Part shown: piece after piece, positions 56,901-64,000 of the stretch
Layout: each line of letters begins with the position of its first letter
Numbering within the stretch: position 1 is the first letter of the stretch
Assembly: GCA_964016885.1 (NCBI GenBank)
Contig: OZ024742.1
Span: 309,628,001 to 309,692,000, forward strand
DNA from: Eledone cirrhosa
Lineage: Eukaryota
Length of the DNA: 64,000 nt
Direction: 5' to 3'
Notes under the pieces: model-generated
Told to the model about the DNA's origin: nothing
The model's database searches: none
Seen by the model: the letters and a program-made list of their open reading frames with translations, nothing else
Made by a program: the position numbers and the translations under genes

Positions 56901-57219
56901 CAGCTTTGGGGCAAGCAGAATTTTGACTGCTTACTAAATTGTAGACACACAAAAAGATAACACACACACACACACAAACACACTAGATAACACTACATGC
57001 TGCTTTGACCGGGAGGGTCATTTAGAGGGAATTGGGGGGGGGGGGGGGTAAGGCTGCACAGCCCCACTTTCCGCCATGGCGATTGGACTGCATGCCCTGC
57101 TTTCCAGGTCAGCCACTGATATATATATATATACATATATATAGGAAAAAGTATGACCCCGACGGCAGAGCTCAAGCCGTTTCGACGGCTATTTCTTGTT
57201 ATATATATATATATATATA

Positions 57220-57723
57220 TATATGAATGTATATATAGTGTATTTTGCAATACACTGTATGCTTAATTAAAAGCATTTCGAAGACCTTATGCTATTGTTT
57301 TAGAGTAGTGACAGACTCACTTTAATTTCAACAAACAGTGTATTGCAAAATACACTATATATACATTCATATATATATAGCTATTTCAGAGCACCAATTC
57401 TAATTTTCAATTTCTGCTTGACCGGCAACCGCTCTGTATAATCTGTTCCTGATTATTTACTAGAATTCTATAAGAACCAAACATCCATGATTTCAGCAGA
57501 CAGGAGGAGTAGTTGGCTTTGATAAGACTCTATAAATGCGAAACAAAGCCTTGTCAGCTTTATCTCCTCCTGTTTGCTGAAATTAAAGTAAGTGAGTCTG
57601 CCACTACTCTAAAACAATAGCATAAGGTCTTCGAAATGCTTTTAATTAAGCATACAGTGTATTGCAAAATACACTATATATACATTCATATATATATAGC
57701 TATTTCAGAGCACCAATTCTAAT
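57220..57723. repeat. Fold-back mosaic (inverted plus direct duplication)
   Basis: 57220-57338 is the rc of ~57572-57698; 57335-57404 is repeated directly at 57655-57723. Confidence 0.9.
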
Positions 57724-57874
57724 ATATATATATATACAATACTTAATTATAGATCACAACACAACAAAATAAATCCAATAAATTGGCCGAAGTTAACCAA
57801 ATGGTGTATTTTATTTATTAAAAAGTTGAGAATAAACAATATTTTCCGTAAAACTAATTTTTTCGTTAGTCTTC

Positions 57875-58013
<139 letters not shown>

Positions 58014-58372
58014 TTACCATTTCCTTTCTTTCTTTCTTACTTTCCTTTTCTCTCCACACTCCTCTCTCTCTCTCACACACACACGTACACACCAGGTGGT
58101 AGTGACAGATTAAGTCTACCACCCACGCAGCTATATATTTAGCACTGTTGAAATCAGTAAAACTGTTAAAATGAGTAAAGCTGGCCTTCAAATGATCACT
58201 AAGCAATTAATCTGTTTCTAAAGTGGTATTACATTGCATGCTTGTCATTGGCCCCTTAAGTAGGATTAAAGGGAATCAAAGGAGAAAGTGAAATCATATA
58301 TGATACATGACTTCACGGTGGTTAAAAAATGTATATAGCAACAGAAAGGAGAGAAAGAGGATTTTGTATGAA

Positions 58373-58804
58373 TTTCTTCTTCTTCTTCTTCTTCTTCTTC
58401 TTCTTCTTCTTCTTCTTCTTCTTCTTCTTCTTCTTCTTCTTCTTCTTCTTGTCGTGGAGACAGAGCCCGCAAACAATCCTTCCAACGGGTCCTCTCAGAA
58501 GCAGCCCTCTCCAACTGATCCGGATGGATCCCCAAGCGTGACCAGCAAGATGGTTGAATAACATCCATGAGCTTGGTTGGTCACGCTTGGGGATCCAGCT
58601 GGATCAGTTGGAGACGGTTGCTTCTGACATGACCCGACCCGTTGGAAGGAGTGTTTTAGGACTCTCCCCCCCACAACCCTGGGTCTCCTACAGGTTGGTC
58701 GTGCCCATAAAATCTATCCATCGATTCTTTCCTTAGACATTCTAACCACATGCCCATAGTGTTGGAGCTGTGATCTCTCAATTCGGAGAAGTAGCGGCTC
58801 TACT
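58373..58804 (-). mobile_element. RTE 3' fragment with internal inverted duplication and expanded (GAA)n tail
   Basis: Homologous to 41385-41650; - / + / - segments. Confidence 0.85.
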
Positions 58805-60076
58805 TCGAGTTATAAAAATAAACATTAACATTAACATGAACACGTATATATTCATAAATATATACAACAGAGCCACGACTGTCTTTGAGTTTAGTCTTTT
58901 TTATGAAGTATACCCATTTTCACAAGAGAAGACATCTCTCACCCATCTCGGGAGATCACCCGTCGGACGGGGAGAGTTGGCAGATCTGTAATAGCTAGGT
59001 AGTGTTCGATGTAGCGACGAGATCTTATGGCGGGGCTGAGGCTTGAGAACAAACAGGAATGTGTATTTTAGAGATTATTCGCCGCAGAGTTTGAGTTTTA
59101 CCTTAACGATCCGCTATTTATATTGTTAAATGTGGATGGTCATATAGTGAATGCAGTTAGGAAAAGGTTTATCAACACATTCGACGTATTACATTTAAAT
59201 ATTTCATTTGATAGGAACCTAAGAATAGATATAATATTATATTTAGACACTGGTAACTGTTATCCTTAGAATAAACCTAGCGTGAAATTAATATAATGTA
59301 TATAATAAATTAATATAATCCTCCTTGTGGATAAATCTTTGCTGTCATTATTCCTAAGGGAGTTACTCAAGTGGTATTTTTGAAGTTAGTTTTAGATTTT
59401 GTTTGTTCTACGGGCGTTTACTCTTTGGTTTGGTGGATGCAGCATAGCTGAATTCTTATGAGGTTCGTTTCAGAGTCCTTAGATCCTGGGTTCGATTCCA
59501 GTATCATCTACTATAGTCTCGGGCGTAAAACTTGTGAGTAAAACTGGGTAGATGGAAACTATGGAGGCACGTTGGATATACTGTGCCTATAATTCAGAGG
59601 GGAAAACTTATCTCACACTGTATCACGCCGAATCTTCCTGAGAATTACGTTATAGTTACACGTGTTCATGAAATACATTGTTTCTAGGGTGTTAGTTAAA
59701 GTGCCAATCTATGTTATCATGGGAAATACCTTTGCATATTTTGTTAAAGATTTTGTAGTATTTGGTTCGAAGGAAAATTCTTTACTTATCAGGGGTTAAA
59801 AGTTCCCCGCTATATTTGAAGTTACTTTCATTACTATATGGTGAATTAAACTAAAAGGTGTTTCTTTTCCTAGGTTTGTAGGTTTTCTATGTAGACTGTT
59901 CCGTGTATTTTAGTTTTTCTCTGAAGCCATTTCTTGATACAGCTGTGTTGTAAAATGTGGAGGAGTTCTGTTGAATATTTCTATCTAGTGTGATAGGTTC
60001 CATATTCTCTGGAATCTATCATCCCACACATCGTAAACACTAATATTTTCCGGCTCTCTCTCTTTCTCCTACACAC

Positions 60077-62049
60077 GAGGGAGCAGATCCACTATCCGGT
60101 CTTTGCGAGACCAGGATGGACGGGTGATCCTTGAACCTAAGCAGATGTGTGAGGCTTTTCAAAAGCACTTTGCCGGATTGTTCGGAAGGGGCGGGGAGCC
60201 GGTTGGGGATGTGGACTTCGGTCCATACCTCGACGGCCTGCCGCGTCTCTCGGACAGGGAGGCGAAGTCCTGCGAGGAGCCGATTTCAGCCGCTGAGATA
60301 GAGGACGTGCTGAGCCAATGCGGCAAACGCAAATCCCCGGGTCTCGATGGTCTTCCATACGAACTATATCTAGCTATGCCGGACTTGTTCCCCGATCTCC
60401 TCGAGGCGGTCTACTGCAACTGGCAACAGAACGGGAGAATTCCCTGTGCTGTGACCAAGGGCGTAGTCACGCTAGTGAGGAAGGACGAGAACAAGGGGGA
60501 CGATATAAATAATTTCAGGCCCATAACTCTGCTAAATACAGAGTTACAGATTTTGGCCAAGGTGCTAGCAAAGAGGTTGGCGCTTGTCGTGGGCAACCTG
60601 GTGGGAGATGCGCAGACAGGTGCTATCCCGTCCAGGTCCATCCACGACAACCTCCACCTCATGCGATACATCATAGAGAGGGTTGGGAACGAACCCGGCT
60701 TTGGTGGGGCCCTGATCAACTTGGATCAATCTAAGGCATTCCATAGGGTCGACCATGGTTACCTGGATACGGTGCTGGCGGCAGGCTTCGGACCCGTTTT
60801 CAGGGGCTGGATCAATGCCATGCACAGCAGCCGCATCTGCTCTAGGGTCAAGGTGAACGGCTACCTCTCGGAGCCGTTCGAAATCGCGCGGTCCATCCGA
60901 CAGGGGTGCCCTCTCTCCTCCCTTCAGTATGTAATGACTCTAGAGCCACTGCTGCGGAAGTTGGAGTTGTTGCAGGGCATCCCGTTGGAACCGGGATTGC
61001 GGAAAGCGGTGTCAGCCTACGCCGATGACGTAACAGTAATGGTGTCGACGGCCTCGGAAATCGGGGTGATCGGCACCTTACTGGAGGAGTACGAAAGGTT
61101 TACAGGGGCTAAGCTGAACCGGAACAAGTCGATCGGTCTGCAACTCGGCACGTGGAGGGGAAGATCGATGCCCTCCGATGGCGTCGTCGGGCGCTGGACG
61201 GAGGGCCCGGTGAAGTTGCTCGGGGTCTGGTTCGGACCAGACCTCCAGGTGGAGAAGAACTGGGGTGAGGTAACGAACAGGGTGTTTGCATTGACCCAGA
61301 AGTGGGCCGAGTGCAAACTGTCCCTGAAAGGTCGGGCGGAGGTGGCGAACACTTATATAGCGTCCGTCATCTACTACCGCCTGACCGTTGTGCCTTGCCC
61401 AAGGGAAACGCTCGCCAAAATGGAGCGCGCACTCTTCCAATTCCTTTAGAAGAAGCGGGCTGCTATGGTGAGGAGATGCATCTGCTGTCAACACCCTTCG
61501 AAAGGAGGGCTGGGATGCCGTGGCTAATGATACGTAAACACGCATTAAGGCTACGGCACCTTCAGGTATTCCTCTCCGGTCAACCGGTGTGGGCCCCGTT
61601 TGTGAGGCGAGCCTTTCCCAGACTCGTCTCACTCACCGAGCTGCAATCCTGGGTCAAGCAAAGACCGAGAAAACTGGGCGCCTGGCACACCGAGTGTGCC
61701 CAGGCGCTCACGGCTCTCTGGCAGGTGGACCCGGCTGTCAGTGGAGAATCCACCTCGTCATTCTATAGAGGGCTGGTGGTTAGCAGGTGCGACGACGCCC
61801 TCGGAGAAGCCCTAGGCATGGAGGAAGACGAACTGGCCAACCTGTTCGGTAGGACATTCAGCCCGGGACCCATGGATAACTTCCAGAGGTCCCTGGCCTG
61901 GCAATGCTACAGAAGGGCTCTGCCCGTTCGAGAAAGGCTCTACAGACACGGGCGCCCGGGTAGGGACCCATCGAAAAAGATCTGTCCCAGATGCGTGTGC
62001 GACGAGGAAACCGTTGCACACGCATTGGTACACTGCTCGGGCATTGCCG
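60077..62049 (+). mobile_element. Tx1/L1-clade LINE ORF2 pseudogene (RT to zinc finger), truncated at both ends
   Basis: KSPGLDGLPYE, NFRPITLLN, LDQSKAF, RQGCPLS, YADD, LSLKGR, GGLGMP and CPRC motifs; stop at 61447 and frameshifts. Confidence 0.92.
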
Positions 62050-62520
62050 ATTGTTCAGTTCTGAGAGCATTCCTCAGTCAGAAGTCTATAGAATTCTTTC
62101 TGGGGTGAGGCTCCCTGTAGTGTTTTTGCCTGCTATTGTTCAGTACATTTGACCTCCACCATTATTTTGGTACTGTTGTTGTTGTAGTGGTCAGCTTATA
62201 TCTTGCTGCTGCTAACAATTTAGAAGTATCCAGTTTGTGTTTTCTCTTCATCCCTCCCGCCACCATCGTAGTGGTGGTGGTGGTGGTGGTGGGTGGTGGT
62301 GGTGGGTGGTGGTGGGGTGGGGTGGGGGGTTCTTTCATGTATATGAAGAAATATAAGGCAATAAATGAAGAAAACAGAAAATAAATAAATAATATAATAA
62401 AATAAAATAATTAATATAATTTGTGTAATTTGAAAATAAATAAATAAATAGAGAATAAAGAATAAAGAGTAAATGAGAGATTGGTGAAAAAGTAATGATA
62501 ATGTATATGGAGAAGTGAGA

Positions 62521-62706
62521 AATAATTGTTTCTACTTTAGGCACAAGGCCAGCAATTACCCAGTGCATTACTGGTACTTTATTTTATCGACCCCGTAAGG
62601 ATGAAAGGCAAAGTCAACCTCGGCGGGATTTGAACTCAGATCGTAAAGGGACGTAACTATGCTGGAAAGCATGGCGTCAAACCCTCTACCGATACTGCCA
62701 ATCCAC
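62521..62706 (-). mobile_element. Young SINE, short variant
   Basis: Nearly identical to the 12189 and 47862 copies. Confidence 0.9.
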
Positions 62707-62989
62707 AATGTAGGATAAAGTGTGTGTGTGTGTGTGCTATAACCAATCTCAAGGTCAGAATATGTTGGATAGATTGGTATGATACAAGATGTTAAGATGA
62801 GATATTCAATGTGTTTGTGTTATAATCTATCTCAACTTAAAATAAATATAAGGTAATACAGTGAAGAAGGCAGAAAACAAATAACAAATTAATAAAGAGA
62901 AATCAAGATTTAAGATTGGAACTTGAAAGTCAGAAATCTGGTAAATTAAAAGTGTTTGTGTTATAGATGTTGGCCAAATTATTATGGCT

Positions 62990-63540
62990 GTGTCCGATTC
63001 TATCTCTAGGCTATCATGGTATCTGCTCCGCCTGGGTTGTTCCCTATGGCTTGAGGGGAGTTCACAACCTAGGGTGTTGTTATTGCCCATATAGCTTGAG
63101 GGAGGTCTGGCCGAGAGGTGTTTTCATGTTCTGTAGAAGTCCCTATAGCTTGAGGGGAGTTCACATCTTCTTGTGTTGCTACTGTCCATATATTTTGAGA
63201 AAGGTCCCGGCTCTAAGGTGTCTGCATGTCCCGAAGAAGTCGGTTCTGAGGTTTATCATGCCGCTTCCACCTCTTAGTATCTCGAGGGTCTCGTTCAGGC
63301 ATAGTTTGCATATGCAAGATCTCCCTTTATCGGGTGGTACTTTCCTGATTATGTACCAGGCCAGAGAGTATGGGGTCCTGTCCAGCTTAAGCTTCCAGAT
63401 CAGGTCGGAGAGAGCTGTGCTTTTCCTTTTGGCCTCCTTCTTGAATGAATGGCGATGGTTGTACCAGCGGTCCTTAAAGCCTCACCCCAGAAAGAATTCT
63501 ATAGACTTCTGACTGAGGAATGCTCTCAGAACTGAACAAT
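62990..63540 (-). mobile_element. Penelope-like element fragment: GIY-YIG endonuclease C-terminal part and 3' region
   Basis: Frame 63477->63179 reads FKDRWYNHRHSFKKEAKRKSTALSDLIWKLK...CKLCLNETLEIL...INLRTDFFGTCRH...*; it is not in the ORF track. Confidence 0.8.
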
Positions 63541-63838
63541 GGGAAGTTTTTGACACTTTTTTTTTGTTATTTTGTTCCTTTAACACCTTGTCCCTTCTAC
63601 CATTTTATCAATTTTTAAGCTAACTCCAACAATAACAACACTTAGAATGAGGAATGTTCTAATAACTGACCAATGAGAGGAGAAGGGGACCTGTGACACG
63701 AAAATTCGTTTGTTTGAATTCATATGACTCCAGTTCCCCAGTGAATTAACAACCCAACAAGGAACTGGGCATATCAGAGTATTGACAATATCATACACCT
63801 AAACAACATATGTACTTGTCTATACCATACTAATTCAA

Positions 63839-63893
63839 ACTGCCTGAAGAGGTCACAGCCAAAGATGGCTGTCACTGAAATATATATAGCAGT
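63839..63893 (+). ncRNA. Minimal type I hammerhead ribozyme motif
   Basis: actgc-CTGAAGA-ggtcacagcca-aaga-tggctgtcact-GAAA-tatata-TA-gcagt, followed by aataaa. Confidence 0.75.
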
Positions 63894-64000
63894 AATAAAC
63901 GAAGCTAAATTTTAATCATTTGACTTTTATTTAACTTTATTTTACACTACTCCGGAGTAACCAAACCAACCTGCGCACTTCGTCGAGTGCTCCAGCCTGC

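Noticed and set aside
61078-61632. Antisense ORFs over the LINE
   Set aside because: Shadow frames of the GC-rich Tx1 ORF2.

Overview
AT-rich, repeat-saturated animal non-coding DNA (intron or intergenic). No host exon can be supported, and almost all ORFs in the track are microsatellite artefacts. The SINE and microsatellite landscape resembles a coleoid cephalopod (Octopus-like), which is an inference. The window holds a ~21-bp satellite, many micro- and minisatellites, ~20 copies of a young tRNA-derived Nin/Deu-domain-like SINE, and an older SINE family with a different tail. Larger elements are two Tx1/L1-type LINE fragments, RTE fragments, a decayed Chapaev3-like transposase with TIRs, several MITEs, non-autonomous Helitrons and a Penelope-like GIY-YIG fragment. 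The most notable signal is not in the ORF track: about 6 well-formed and several decayed minimal type I hammerhead ribozyme motifs, mostly in short islands bounded by (TA)n. They include U3-A8 core covariants and a family with an extra nucleotide between A9 and stem II, consistent with Penelope pLTR or retrozyme-like elements. Several fold-back/template-switch mosaics also occur. All structures were read by eye and coordinates of diverged repeats are approximate.
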